This document shows positions 1-9,491 of a DNA stretch of 64,000 nucleotides, piece after piece. Position 1 is the first letter of the stretch; each line of letters opens with the position of its first letter. Under the pieces are notes generated by a model. The model was not told the origin of the DNA. It worked only from the letters and a program-made list of their open reading frames with translations, and did no database searches. This DNA is from Polyangiales bacterium (GTDB lineage: Bacteria; Myxococcota_A; Polyangia; Polyangiales; DASUME01), in assembly GCA_046598735.1 (NCBI GenBank), contig JBKJIA010000075.1:5930-69929 (forward strand). Direction: 5' to 3'. Both the position numbers and the translations under genes were made by a program.

Positions 1-133
1 GATCCTCCGCCTCTTGCCTATCTGCCCAAGTTTCCAGGCCTACGCATCGCCGTGGCTGGACCGCGTGGCACTGCGGTGATCAGACAGCGTGGTGGCATAT
101 AAGATCTTATACGGCCCGTCTTTGACCCAACCT

Positions 134-3100
134 CTACTCAGCCCCCTGGCTTGGACTTTGGGCGGCGTCGTCTAGCGCGGGGTCATCGTCGTCCTCTATC
201 TCTTCCTGGTCGCGACGCTTGCGTAAGGTGCGCTTTAGAAAGCCCCGCGATGTCGCAGCAAACCCGCCTTCGACCAGCGGTTGGGCCAAGGTCGACTTCT
301 CTACTTCGGCGCCGTCCACGCGCGCGATGAGGTACGAAAAACGCTCGCCGCGCGCGATGCTACGCGACAGCGCGTCGGCCACGAGCTTGGCATCCTCGCT
401 TTTCTCGCGCGGCTCTTCGCGGAAGAAGGTAAGGAGAGTATGTTCCTTGCGACCCAGCCAAGCGAGCAGGCGTCCGTCACTTGCCAAGACAACTTGTGCG
501 CCATCGGCGCGCATGGGCTTGGCGCCGTCGCGCGCGGGCCAAGCTAGGGCAGCGCCCCAGGCAGACGCTGGGTCCGTGGCGGCAAGCAAACGCGCGGGCT
601 CTTGGCTGCGGCTTTCACGTTCGTTGCGCAACAGCTCCTCGGCGCCAGGCTGCGCGAACTGAGCAGCGCCCAAGCCCTCCACGAAGTAGCCGCGACGCAC
701 ACGGCCCGCATCTTCCATCGCGCGCAAGACCTCGTACACGGCTGAAAACCCGCCGGGGATGCCCTCCGCGCGCAGCGCCTCACGCACCAGCACGCCGTGA
801 CGGGCAAGCAGCGAACGGACGAGACTTGCGCGCCTTACCGTTTCACTCACATCGCCGTAAGACAGTAAGGTCCAGCGCCCTTCGCTGCCGGGCAGAACCC
901 GACTTACACGTACGCCACGCTTGCGCTCAGCTTGCCCGCCTGCCGAGCGCGAGCGCAAAGGCTGGAACATGTCGTTCGTCACTTCGCCGGTCCACACCAG
1001 CTCCCACAGCGCTTCGAGCACATCGGGTGGAAATGCCAGCGTAAGCTTGACGAGCTCATAGAAGAAGACCGCGCCACGCTGATTCAGCACCTCGCGCACC
1101 TTGTCGATGAGCGGGCTGTGTTTGGGCGCGGGCTTGGGAGCGAGCTCCTCGAAATGGTCGCGAAAGTACAGTGCAACGCGGCTGCCTCCCGCAAGCTGGG
1201 GCTCGATGCCGCGCCACACAAGCTCGCCGGAAGCTAGAAGTTGATCCAGATCGGCGGGCGAAAAACCGGGCACGCGTGCGGGCAGGATGTCGCGCTCCAA
1301 AGCTCCGAGTGGCAACGGCACGCCCTCGAGTCGTTCGAGCGCAGTACGCAGCGCAGCTAAACCGCGCGCGCTACGTCCGATCCCGTGCCAGCCCAACAGG
1401 AAACGCGCATATGCGAGCTTGTCGACGGCTTCGACTTCCTTGCGCAACGCAGCGAGCGAGCGCCGCTTGATGCTGCGCATGACGTCCACGTCGCAAAAGG
1501 TAATGCCCGGTTTGTCGGGATGGATCTCGCCGCGCAACAGACGTCCGCGCGCCACCCACACGTCGAGCGCCGCACAGACCTGCGGCACGGGCACGCCATA
1601 GCGCGCAGAAAACTCTTCTGCCGCAAAGGGCCCATGCGTACGAGCGAACCGCGACAACAAATCCATGAGCGGCTCGCGCACCGGCTCGAGGTAAGCATTG
1701 GCAAGACCCGCAGGCGGCATGACACCCAACGCATCGCGATAGCGCGCGGCATCCTCGACTGCGATGAGCCTCGCCTCGCCTACAACCCTTACCTCGATGG
1801 CGCGACGCGCGCGCAACAGCGCAGCGACCAGCGGCGTGTCCGCGTCGCCCAAGCGCTGCGCAAGCTCGCCATGGCTAAGATCACCGATGAACAACAGTAA
1901 GTCGTGCAGCTCGTCTTCATGGCGGGGTGGATAGTCAAGGCGACTTACCATACGCGCGACGTCGACGATCGCGACCGGATCGAGCAGGTCCTTGAGCTCA
2001 GCCTGTCCCAAAAGCTCACGCAGCTGGCTGGGATCGATACTGAGCGCAGCCGCGCGACGCTCGGCGAGCGGGGCATCGGTGTCGTAGATGAAGTTGCCGA
2101 TATAGCTAAACAGTAAGCTCGCAGAAAATGGCGAAGGCTTTTCGCTGTCGACCGTGACCACCTTGACCTTATGACGCTGCACATCGGCCATCAGCGCAGT
2201 GAGCGCAGGTACATCGAACACGTCTTGCAGGCACTCACGGTAGGTCTCGAGTAAGATCGGAAAGGACCCGTAGCGCGAGGCGACTTTCAGCAAGTCTGCG
2301 GAGCGCTTGCGCTGTGCCCAGAGCGGCGAACGTTTGCCGGGATAGCGTCGGGGCAGGAGCAAGGCACGTGCCGCGCATTCACGAAAGTGCGAGGCGAACA
2401 GTGCCGTTTCGCCGATTGCGCCGATCAGAATCTCCTCGATTTCTTCTGGTAAAGGCAGGAGCGAGGCGATGTCTGGCGGCTCGTCACGCTCCGGAAAACG
2501 CAGCACGATCCCGTCATCGGTCCAGACGCTTTCGGCAACGGTGCCAAGCACCGTGCGCGCCTTCTCGGTGATGCAGATAGAAAGCGGCGAGTGCACACGC
2601 GAACCGTAAGGTGAAAGCAGACATACTCGGATGTCACCCACTTCGTCGAGGAAGCGCTCCACCACCAACTTCTTGTCGGTGGGCACGTGATAGGGCGCTT
2701 CTTGTTGCTCGCGCACGTAGCGCACGAGGTTGGTCGCGGCCTTGGTATCAAGGTGGTGATCGCGAGCGAGCAAGCGCAACGCTTCGGGCGTGTCGATACG
2801 TTCCAGCTTATGCAAGAGGCCGCCAATGCCGCGCCCAAGCTCCACACTGCGACCCAGTCTGTCACCATGCCAAAACGGCATCTTACCGGGCTGCCCCGGC
2901 GCAGGTGTCACCAGCACCCGATCGTGCGTAATTTCGGCGATGCGCCAGCTCGACGCACCGAGCACGAATACTTCGCCCTCGCGGGCCTCGAATACCATTT
3001 CCTCGTCGAGCTCACCTACGCGCCTACTGGTCTTACCATCACCGCCGTCTACTAGGAACACACCATATAAGCCGCGGTCAGGGATGACGCCGGCGTTTAG

Positions 3101-4648
3101 GATGGCGAGGCGTTTACTCCCCTTGCGCGCCTCGAGCACACCACGTTCTCGATCCCAAGTGACGCGAGCTTTGAGCTCGGCGAACTCATCCGAAGGGTAA
3201 CGTCCGGACAGCATGTCGAGCACGCTGTCGAAACTAGAGCGCGCAAGCTCCGCAAAAGGCGCCGCCTGCCGCACCAAGGCGAACAACACCTCGACATCGA
3301 TGCGCTCCTCGATAGCGACGATCGCCACGACATGCTGCGCCAACACATCGACGGGATTGCGTGGGTAGCGTGTTTCCTCGATCTCCCCTTCGCGCATGCG
3401 ACGCACGGCTTCCGCGCATGCGACTAAGTCACCTCGATGCTTAGGGAAGATAGTGCCCTTGGGATTGCCACCGACCTGATGGTTGGCGCGACCCACACGC
3501 TGTATGCCGGAGGTAACCGAAGGTGGTGATTCGATCTGCACCACGAGATCGATCGAACCGATGTCGAGCCCGAGCTCGAGGCTGCTCGTGGCGACGATGC
3601 ACGGCAGCGTGCCGCGTTTGAGCGCGTCTTCGATTTCGGCCCGTTGCTCACGCGCAACCGAGCCGTGATGGGCGCGCGCCAAGATCTCGCCCGCAAGCTC
3701 ATTGATGGCGCCTGCCAAACGCTCGGCCAGGCGACGGTTGTTAACGAACACCATGGTCGAGCGGTGGCTGCGCACGAGCTCGAGCAAACGCGGATGAATC
3801 GAGGTCCAGATCGAGCGCGGTGCCGCTGCATCTTCAGGCTCGCGCAGTGCGCCGGGACGCTCGCTTGCACGCAGCTCGGACATGTCTTCCACGGGCACTT
3901 CGATACTCAGCTCGATCGGTCGTGGGGCGCGGGCGTCTGCGATTTTGACCGGGCGCGGCACCATGACACCGTCTTGCTGCGTCAACCCGCCCAGTAACCT
4001 TGCCACCTCTTCCAAGGGGCGCTGTGTGGCGCTCAGTCCAATGCGCTGCAGCGGTCGCTTGCTCGTGCGCAACGCTTCCAGGCGCTCCATCGACAGGAAC
4101 AGATGGGCGCCGCGCTTGGTGGGTGCCATCGCATGGATCTCGTCGATGATCACCGTATCGACGGAGCGTAAGGTCTCGCGCGCGAGCGAGGTCAACATGA
4201 GATAGAGCGACTCGGGCGTAGTAATGAGAATGTCGGCCGGTTTGCGTAGAAAGCGCGCGCGTTCGTCACTGGGTGTGTCGCCTGTACGCATGGCCACAGA
4301 GAGCGTGCGATGGGCGATGCCAAGCCTGTCCGCCGTGCGCTCGATACCGGCCAGCGGCGCACGCAAGTTGCGTTCAACGTCGACGGCCAAGGCCTTGAGC
4401 GGCGACACGTAGAGCACACGACAACGCTCGTGCTTGAGCGGCTCCTCCGAAAAAAGTAAGCCATCAATGGCGCACAGGAATGCAGCCAACGTCTTACCTG
4501 ACCCCGTAGGAGCCACCAGCAGCGTACTAGCGCCGTCGAGGATCGAAGGCCAAGCGCGCTTCTGGGCATCGGTCGCAGCTGGAAAGGTGTCCTGGAACCA
4601 CACCCGAGTGGACTCGTTCAAGCGCGACAGCACCTGAGCCTTACTCAC
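134..4648 (-). CDS. lhr: ATP-dependent DEAD/DEAH-box helicase, Lhr family (long form with C-terminal domain)
   Basis: ORF 134..4672 (1512 aa). Walker A APTGSGKT, DEIH box, helicase C-terminal motifs and a long Lhr-type C-terminal extension. Likely start is GTG 4648, which gives a GTGA overlap with the stop of the upstream nei gene. Confidence 0.9.
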   Translation of the reverse strand: MSKAQVLSRLNESTRVWFQDTFPAATDAQKRAWPSILDGASTLLVAPTGSGKTLAAFLCAIDGLLFSEEPLKHERCRVLYVSPLKALAVDVERNLRAPLAGIERTADRLGIAHRTLSVAMRTGDTPSDERARFLRKPADILITTPESLYLMLTSLARETLRSVDTVIIDEIHAMAPTKRGAHLFLSMERLEALRTSKRPLQRIGLSATQRPLEEVARLLGGLTQQDGVMVPRPVKIADARAPRPIELSIEVPVEDMSELRASERPGALREPEDAAAPRSIWTSIHPRLLELVRSHRSTMVFVNNRRLAERLAGAINELAGEILARAHHGSVAREQRAEIEDALKRGTLPCIVATSSLELGLDIGSIDLVVQIESPPSVTSGIQRVGRANHQVGGNPKGTIFPKHRGDLVACAEAVRRMREGEIEETRYPRNPVDVLAQHVVAIVAIEERIDVEVLFALVRQAAPFAELARSSFDSVLDMLSGRYPSDEFAELKARVTWDRERGVLEARKGSKRLAILNAGVIPDRGLYGVFLVDGGDGKTSRRVGELDEEMVFEAREGEVFVLGASSWRIAEITHDRVLVTPAPGQPGKMPFWHGDRLGRSVELGRGIGGLLHKLERIDTPEALRLLARDHHLDTKAATNLVRYVREQQEAPYHVPTDKKLVVERFLDEVGDIRVCLLSPYGSRVHSPLSICITEKARTVLGTVAESVWTDDGIVLRFPERDEPPDIASLLPLPEEIEEILIGAIGETALFASHFRECAARALLLPRRYPGKRSPLWAQRKRSADLLKVASRYGSFPILLETYRECLQDVFDVPALTALMADVQRHKVKVVTVDSEKPSPFSASLLFSYIGNFIYDTDAPLAERRAAALSIDPSQLRELLGQAELKDLLDPVAIVDVARMVSRLDYPPRHEDELHDLLLFIGDLSHGELAQRLGDADTPLVAALLRARRAIEVRVVGEARLIAVEDAARYRDALGVMPPAGLANAYLEPVREPLMDLLSRFARTHGPFAAEEFSARYGVPVPQVCAALDVWVARGRLLRGEIHPDKPGITFCDVDVMRSIKRRSLAALRKEVEAVDKLAYARFLLGWHGIGRSARGLAALRTALERLEGVPLPLGALERDILPARVPGFSPADLDQLLASGELVWRGIEPQLAGGSRVALYFRDHFEELAPKPAPKHSPLIDKVREVLNQRGAVFFYELVKLTLAFPPDVLEALWELVWTGEVTNDMFQPLRSRSAGGQAERKRGVRVSRVLPGSEGRWTLLSYGDVSETVRRASLVRSLLARHGVLVREALRAEGIPGGFSAVYEVLRAMEDAGRVRRGYFVEGLGAAQFAQPGAEELLRNERESRSQEPARLLAATDPASAWGAALAWPARDGAKPMRADGAQVVLASDGRLLAWLGRKEHTLLTFFREEPREKSEDAKLVADALSRSIARGERFSYLIARVDGAEVEKSTLAQPLVEGGFAATSRGFLKRTLRKRRDQEEIEDDDDPALDDAAQSPSQGAE

Positions 4649-5487
4649 TGGACACCCCGCGCAGGTTGGCAAGTCGGACAGGTATAAGTCGAGCGCAACT
4701 GAGCTCCCGTGTGGCGCATCTCGATCTTAGTACCGCAATCGTAGCAAGGTTCACCCGCGCGCTCATAGACGGAGAGTAACCCCTCGCCCATGCGGCGATT
4801 GATGCGGGTCTTGCGTGCGTATGGGTGGGGATCGAAGGGATCGGGCAGCGTGCGCTTCTTGCCGTAAACATTGTCGAACATCTGAGTGCGAGCGAGCGTG
4901 ACCAGCGCATGGAGCTCTTCGTCGGTGTGAGCGGACACCGGCGCAAACGGATCCAGATGGAGCGTAAAGCACAACTCGCTCTTCCACACATTGCCGATCC
5001 CCGACATGACACTCTGATCCAGTAAGGCCTCGCCCAACGTCTGCTGGGCGCGCAACTTCAGTCGCACCACGGCCTCTTTGATCTCGAACACAGGCGCGAG
5101 TAGGTCTGGCCCCAGCCCGCGAAAGTGCGCATCGCTCTTGAGATCACGCGAGCGGATCAGGCGCGCGATGGGTGCGTCATACACGAGCACGCGATGTTGT
5201 TCGGTGTCGAGCACCACCACAGCACGAGCGTGATTCACACGACGTGTAGCGGCGCGCTCCTCAAGCAACGCCCGTCCATTCATCTTCAAATGCACGTGCA
5301 GTGCGAAGCCTCCCGCAAAGTGCACCAGTAGATTCTTACCGCGGGCTTCGACACCGACAATCTCGCTTCCCACAAGCCCATCCGTGCGTGCGGTACTACG
5401 CACGAGCTCGAGGGCGCGCAGAGGCTTCCCTGTGAGCGCCGGCGAAAGGACGAGCGCAAGGCGATGGAGGCTGTCCCCTTCCGGCAT
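4645..5487 (-). CDS. nei: Fpg/Nei family DNA glycosylase (endonuclease VIII-like)
   Basis: N-terminal MPEGD catalytic motif, H2TH region and C-terminal zinc finger CYDCG...CPTCQ. 280 aa. Confidence 0.85.
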   Translation of the reverse strand: MPEGDSLHRLALVLSPALTGKPLRALELVRSTARTDGLVGSEIVGVEARGKNLLVHFAGGFALHVHLKMNGRALLEERAATRRVNHARAVVVLDTEQHRVLVYDAPIARLIRSRDLKSDAHFRGLGPDLLAPVFEIKEAVVRLKLRAQQTLGEALLDQSVMSGIGNVWKSELCFTLHLDPFAPVSAHTDEELHALVTLARTQMFDNVYGKKRTLPDPFDPHPYARKTRINRRMGEGLLSVYERAGEPCYDCGTKIEMRHTGAQLRSTYTCPTCQPARGVQ

Positions 5488-5567
5488 GGATTTTCAATGT
5501 GCCATGAAGCCGGATGCTGCGCCCGAACGCAGCTGAGCGACTGCGGCCCTGGGCCATGCGCTAGAGT

Positions 5568-5906
5568 ATGGTCATGAGTTTGTACCGGGCCGAAAAGCTT
5601 ATCGATCTCGCTTGCTCGACGACCCACGAAGAGGAGGCGCGCACGGCCGCGCTGGCGGCGTGCAGGTTGATTCGCAAACACGGCTTGCAACTGACCCAAC
5701 GGCGAACGGGCGATGTACCCATGCCCGGTCAGCGTTCGCGCCCAGCACCTACGACCCAACGCGAGCCACCACGCCAAAAACCACCTAACGGCGGAGCGTG
5801 GTCGCAAGCGCGTCGTTCGGAACAATGCGAGAGTTGCGGCGGCGACATCCACTACGGAGACGACGTATACGTTGTCGCGGACGTAGTTTGGTGCAACCGA
5901 CACTGA
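5568..5906 (+). CDS. hypothetical small protein with C-terminal Cys/His zinc-ribbon-like motif
   Basis: 112-aa ORF. Helical N-terminus, Pro/Arg-rich linker and CESCGG...WCNRH at the C-terminus. No family recognised with certainty. Confidence 0.4.
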   Translation: MVMSLYRAEKLIDLACSTTHEEEARTAALAACRLIRKHGLQLTQRRTGDVPMPGQRSRPAPTTQREPPRQKPPNGGAWSQARRSEQCESCGGDIHYGDDVYVVADVVWCNRH

Positions 5907-5969
5907 GTACGCCACCGAAGCTTACTGCCCCAAGGAGTGCCGCACACAGCCGTGACGAGACCTTACGGT

Positions 5970-6404
5970 CTACTTATGGTGGCCGTAGCCGTGGCGAACG
6001 GCATCCTTGACTTCGTTCCAGCCGCGGTGGGTTGCATCCTTGGACGCTTCCCATTCGCTGCGCAGGGTGCCTTCCAGGTCGTCGTCCCAATCATGATGGG
6101 TCGCGCCGAACTGTTGACGTGCGCCATACCCGTAGCGAATGGGAGTCTCGACATCGCTCCATGCCAGGTTAGTTCGCGCTTTGGTACCGCCCGGAGCATT
6201 GGCTTGGTTGCGCGGCGGGATGACATCGGTTCCTGCCGCTTGCTTCACGGTATCGTCGACGTCCTGGTCGAGGTCACGACCGCCCGCCTTGAAGTCGCTT
6301 TTGGTCTGCTCCCAGTCGCGCTTCATGGCCTCTTTGACGTGCTCCCAGCCACTGCCGTGCTTGTCCTGAGTCCACCACTTCGGTTGCCAATTTGCCGTTC
6401 CCAT
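5970..6404 (-). CDS. hypothetical Trp/His-rich hydrophilic protein (stress-associated by context)
   Basis: 144-aa ORF, co-directional and directly downstream of the glsB-like gene. Repeated W-x-x-V-K-[ED]-A motifs. No TM segment. Confidence 0.5.
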   Translation of the reverse strand: MGTANWQPKWWTQDKHGSGWEHVKEAMKRDWEQTKSDFKAGGRDLDQDVDDTVKQAAGTDVIPPRNQANAPGGTKARTNLAWSDVETPIRYGYGARQQFGATHHDWDDDLEGTLRSEWEASKDATHRGWNEVKDAVRHGYGHHK

Positions 6405-6495
6405 TCGTCAATCTCCTTTTGAGCCTAGCGGTTTGCTCGCAAACTAGCCTGCCCCCGGTGAGACCGTGGGGCACGCGAACCTTACTTTGTCCACC

Positions 6496-6762
6496 TCAGC
6501 CGTGCAGCGTGCGTCCGCGGGACGCGAATCCGTAAACTGCCAGCACTGCCAGAGCGCCGAGGGTGCTCGCAAGGATGCCAGGTCCCTCTCCCGCAGTGGA
6601 GTCATACCAACCGAGTGCGCGTCCGATGAGCCCCGCGGCGACAGCTCCCGCGACACCCAACAACATGGTCACGAACATCCCACCGCCTTGCCGCCCCGGC
6701 ATGATCAACTTGGCAAGGGCACCTGCGATAAGACCGACGATCAGCATCCAAACGATTCCCAT
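6496..6762 (-). CDS. GlsB/YeaQ/YmgE family stress-response membrane protein
   Basis: MGIVWMLIVGLIAGALAKLIMPG... is a typical transglycosylase-associated/GlsB signature. Start moved to the internal ATG at 6762 of ORF 6496..6813. Confidence 0.8.
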   Translation of the reverse strand: MGIVWMLIVGLIAGALAKLIMPGRQGGGMFVTMLLGVAGAVAAGLIGRALGWYDSTAGEGPGILASTLGALAVLAVYGFASRGRTLHG

Positions 6763-6808
6763 GACATCCTCCAAAATGGGTGAGTTGCGTACCAGCAAAG
6801 AACGCCAT

Positions 6809-6824
6809 TGCATGTGTCGTGCCG
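6809..6824 (-). promoter_or_regulatory. candidate sigma-54 (-24/-12) promoter for glsB-like gene
   Basis: Minus strand reads CGGCACG-ACAC-ATGCA with GG-N10-GC spacing. Predicted TSS is about 36 nt upstream of ATG 6762. Confidence 0.5.
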
Positions 6825-6828
6825 CGCC

Positions 6829-6860
6829 CGCGAATGCCTCGCGAATGCCGCACGAATATC
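6829..6860. repeat. three tandem 11-bp-period direct repeats (CGCGAATGCCt / CGCGAATGCCg / CACGAATATCa)
   Basis: Read directly. The repeats abut the -24 element of the glsB-like sigma-54 promoter candidate. Confidence 0.6.
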
Positions 6861-6981
6861 AAATAGCTCAGCCCCTGATGGCAGCGGCTCTCACTGCCGG
6901 CGCTTTGAGCGCGCGCAGAGATCGTGGCGCGCATGCGCAAATCACGCATTCTTGCCGCAGTTGCTTCGCAGGCTCACCCCT

Positions 6982-7782
6982 TCAGCGCTGCATGCACAAG
7001 CGTCCGCCCCGGCTCGGGCCTGCCTCGTTCAAAAATACGTAGACCGTAAAGTCCCCGAATCGGTCGACGCACCACGAGCCGCCTTCCACAACCATCACGC
7101 CCTGGGGCGGCGCGTTGGCCTTGGATGCTTGGGGCTCGTACGTGGTGAACACCCCGTCGCTACCTTGCACGTGAACCGGGCAACCAAGCTCGTCCGCGCA
7201 GGGCGCCGGGGCCGCCAGCCACTCAGCACTATCGAGCTGCAGAACGAAGGTATCGCCTGCCTCCCACGTGCAAACGGGCAACGCCTGAGGCCAAAAAGGT
7301 GTGCCACCCAGGCGAGTGCCGGGCAGCACCTGAAAGGATGCGTCGTCGAGCTCGAGGAAATGATCGGCGTCAAAGAACTGCTTCAGCTGCTCGGGAGCCA
7401 CGCCGTCCTCACGCTCACTCCATCCGGTGACGACTAGGTAAGGGAGCAGGTTGACCTTAGTCATGGCAAAAGAGTGCGTGCGCTCGGCGGCTTTGAGCAC
7501 GAACACCGCGTTGGTTCCCACGTCCGGTTCCCATACTTCGCAGGAACCGGGGTCACTGAGGCACCAGAACACGAACATGCAGTCACCCTCCGCACCGAGC
7601 CGGAGTCGATCCGGATGGTGCGCGAGCTGACACACGAAGGACATGGCCGCCCCGCAGCGACTGCACACGGGCCAGCGCGCCTCGGGAAGACCCCAAGGCA
7701 AACCGCCGAAATGATCCCCTGGCGAGCTTGCCGGACCGTCGTCTAGCCAGCCGGGCGCGAGTGTGGGGACGAAGTAGCGCAT
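6982..7782 (-). CDS. DUF1963 (YwqG-like) family protein
   Basis: FGGLPWGLPEARWPVCSRCGAAMSFVCQL resembles the DUF1963 signature. 266 aa. Confidence 0.55.
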   Translation of the reverse strand: MRYFVPTLAPGWLDDGPASSPGDHFGGLPWGLPEARWPVCSRCGAAMSFVCQLAHHPDRLRLGAEGDCMFVFWCLSDPGSCEVWEPDVGTNAVFVLKAAERTHSFAMTKVNLLPYLVVTGWSEREDGVAPEQLKQFFDADHFLELDDASFQVLPGTRLGGTPFWPQALPVCTWEAGDTFVLQLDSAEWLAAPAPCADELGCPVHVQGSDGVFTTYEPQASKANAPPQGVMVVEGGSWCVDRFGDFTVYVFLNEAGPSRGGRLCMQR

Positions 7783-7843
7783 GACAGCTCCTAATGAGCG
7801 CGCGCATCTACCACGCGAGCCCCGACGCGCCCAATGTTATGCG

Positions 7844-7859
7844 TGGCCCCTGTCTTGCT
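7844..7859 (+). promoter_or_regulatory. candidate sigma-54 promoter
   Basis: TGGCCC-CTGTC-TTGCT, one mismatch to TGGCAC-N5-TTGCW. Predicted TSS falls at about 7870, immediately at ATG 7871. Confidence 0.5.
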
Positions 7860-7870
7860 ATACCGCTCCC

Positions 7871-8365
7871 ATGGGCCTCTCGCGAAAGTGGTGCGTGCTG
7901 ATAGCAGTACATGGTCCGTCATCGGTAGAGGTTTCGGTGTGGGCAGACCAAAACCTGCTCGTACCGTTGCCGCGGTCGAACAACCCGCTTGAGATCCTGA
8001 ACCGCATTGTGGCCGCGCTCGTGGACTTCAGAGAGGGCGACTCAATCACCGCCGTTGTACACAGTGCGCGCCCTGTGGCAGCTTGGTGTGGGGCGAACGT
8101 GCATCTGGCTTTGCATTGGATCGCCTATGTGTTGAGCGATGCATGTTGGCCGCAGGGCGAGAAGGCAGACTCCCGGAAGGGTGGAACTGCTGAGGCGAGG
8201 CCGGGCCCGTCGCAAAGCGGATGGCAGCTTCGCCCCGTATCGCCCGACGAACCCAGCGCCGAAGCGGGTCCCATCACAGGGCTCAGGCGCAAGATTGGTG
8301 ACCCGCAGGCTGAGGTCAGCGAGGCAGACGAAGAACGAACGCGGTCTTTGCCTCATCGGAGGTAA
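7871..8365 (+). CDS. hypothetical protein
   Basis: In-frame ATG 7871 within ORF 7781..8365, preceded by a sigma-54-like element. The 3' end overlaps the convergent kinase gene by 50 bp, and the C-terminus is low complexity. Confidence 0.35.
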   Translation: MGLSRKWCVLIAVHGPSSVEVSVWADQNLLVPLPRSNNPLEILNRIVAALVDFREGDSITAVVHSARPVAAWCGANVHLALHWIAYVLSDACWPQGEKADSRKGGTAEARPGPSQSGWQLRPVSPDEPSAEAGPITGLRRKIGDPQAEVSEADEERTRSLPHRR

Positions 8366-9425
8366 CCGTAATGTCCCCGCCGTGCGCGCGGGCGATGGTA
8401 CGTACGATGTAGAGGCCTAGGCCGGTACCGGGCTGCGTGCTCGCGCGCTCGAAGCGTTCGAACAACATCGGCATGCGATCAGCAGGGATAGGGTCTCCGC
8501 CATTCGTGATCTCGACTCGCATGTCGCTGCCTGCAGACGTCACTCGGATCAGCACCCAGCCACTCCCAAACTTGACTGCGTTGCTCAGTAAGTTTGCGAG
8601 CGCTTGCTGCACACGCCGCACATCGAAAGATCCGCACACGTTTTCGTCGATGTGCGGATCGAAGCGTATGGTCGGATGCGTGGCGCGAAAATCCTCGACC
8701 ACTTCAACGCAGAGCGCCGACAAGTCACCGTGGGTCTTGACGGTCTCAAGCTTACCGTGCGTGGCCTGGGCGAATACAAGCACGTCGGCCGTGAGCTGCT
8801 CCATGCGAGTGACCGCACGGCTGATGCGGGAGCTGACGCCGCGCACGGCCGGGTCTTCGTGCTCGTGCAGGATGCGTGCGCCCATGGCGACCACACTGAG
8901 CGGCGTACGCAGGTCATGGGCGAGCACGGCGATGTGTTTGTCCTTGGATTCGAGCGCTTCGGCCTGGCGTCTGATTTCGTGTTCCTGGTGATATAGGTCG
9001 ACGAAAGCACGCAGCTTCGCCAGTACCATATCCGTGTCGAGTGGCTTAGTAAGGTAATCCACCGCGCCCAGTGAATAGGCGCGACGCATCATCGAGCGAC
9101 TCATATCGACGGCGGTCAAGAACATCACGGGCGTGGAGCGCATGGAGGGCAGGGCGCGAAGTTGGGCCAACGTTTCGAGGCCATCTAGCCCGGGCATCAT
9201 CACGTCGAGCAGCACTGCCGCAAACTCCTGCTGCGCAAAAGACGCTATCGCCTCGGCTCCAGACGTCGCGGTCACGAGGTCCACGTCGAGCTGTTCGGTC
9301 AATGCTTGCAGGGCCACCAAGTTCGCGGGGGTGTCGTCGACAGCCAAGATGGGTGCGCGGTGGCCGGTACGGGCGAGGGAGGCGAGCATGTCCGTGCATA
9401 GTGACAGGCTTCCGACAGAATGCAC
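8316..9425 (-). CDS. hybrid response-regulator/histidine kinase (REC-HisKA-HATPase)
   Basis: N-terminal receiver (ILAVDDTPANL...LLDVMMPGLDG), H-box AVLAHDLRTPL and G-boxes GTGLGLYIV. An alternative start at 9389 is possible. Confidence 0.85.
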   Translation of the reverse strand: MHSVGSLSLCTDMLASLARTGHRAPILAVDDTPANLVALQALTEQLDVDLVTATSGAEAIASFAQQEFAAVLLDVMMPGLDGLETLAQLRALPSMRSTPVMFLTAVDMSRSMMRRAYSLGAVDYLTKPLDTDMVLAKLRAFVDLYHQEHEIRRQAEALESKDKHIAVLAHDLRTPLSVVAMGARILHEHEDPAVRGVSSRISRAVTRMEQLTADVLVFAQATHGKLETVKTHGDLSALCVEVVEDFRATHPTIRFDPHIDENVCGSFDVRRVQQALANLLSNAVKFGSGWVLIRVTSAGSDMRVEITNGGDPIPADRMPMLFERFERASTQPGTGLGLYIVRTIARAHGGDITVTSDEAKTAFVLRLPR

Positions 9426-9491
9426 ACCCGTCGGTCCCGCGCTTGACCCAGGTCCATACCGCGCTGCGAACCTCGGAAAAACCGAGCCAGA

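Noticed and set aside
1-102. Frame-1 reading frame open from the window edge to TAA at 100..102 (33 codons).
   Set aside because: It is too short and featureless to call. It could be the 3' end of an upstream gene, but there is no supporting motif.
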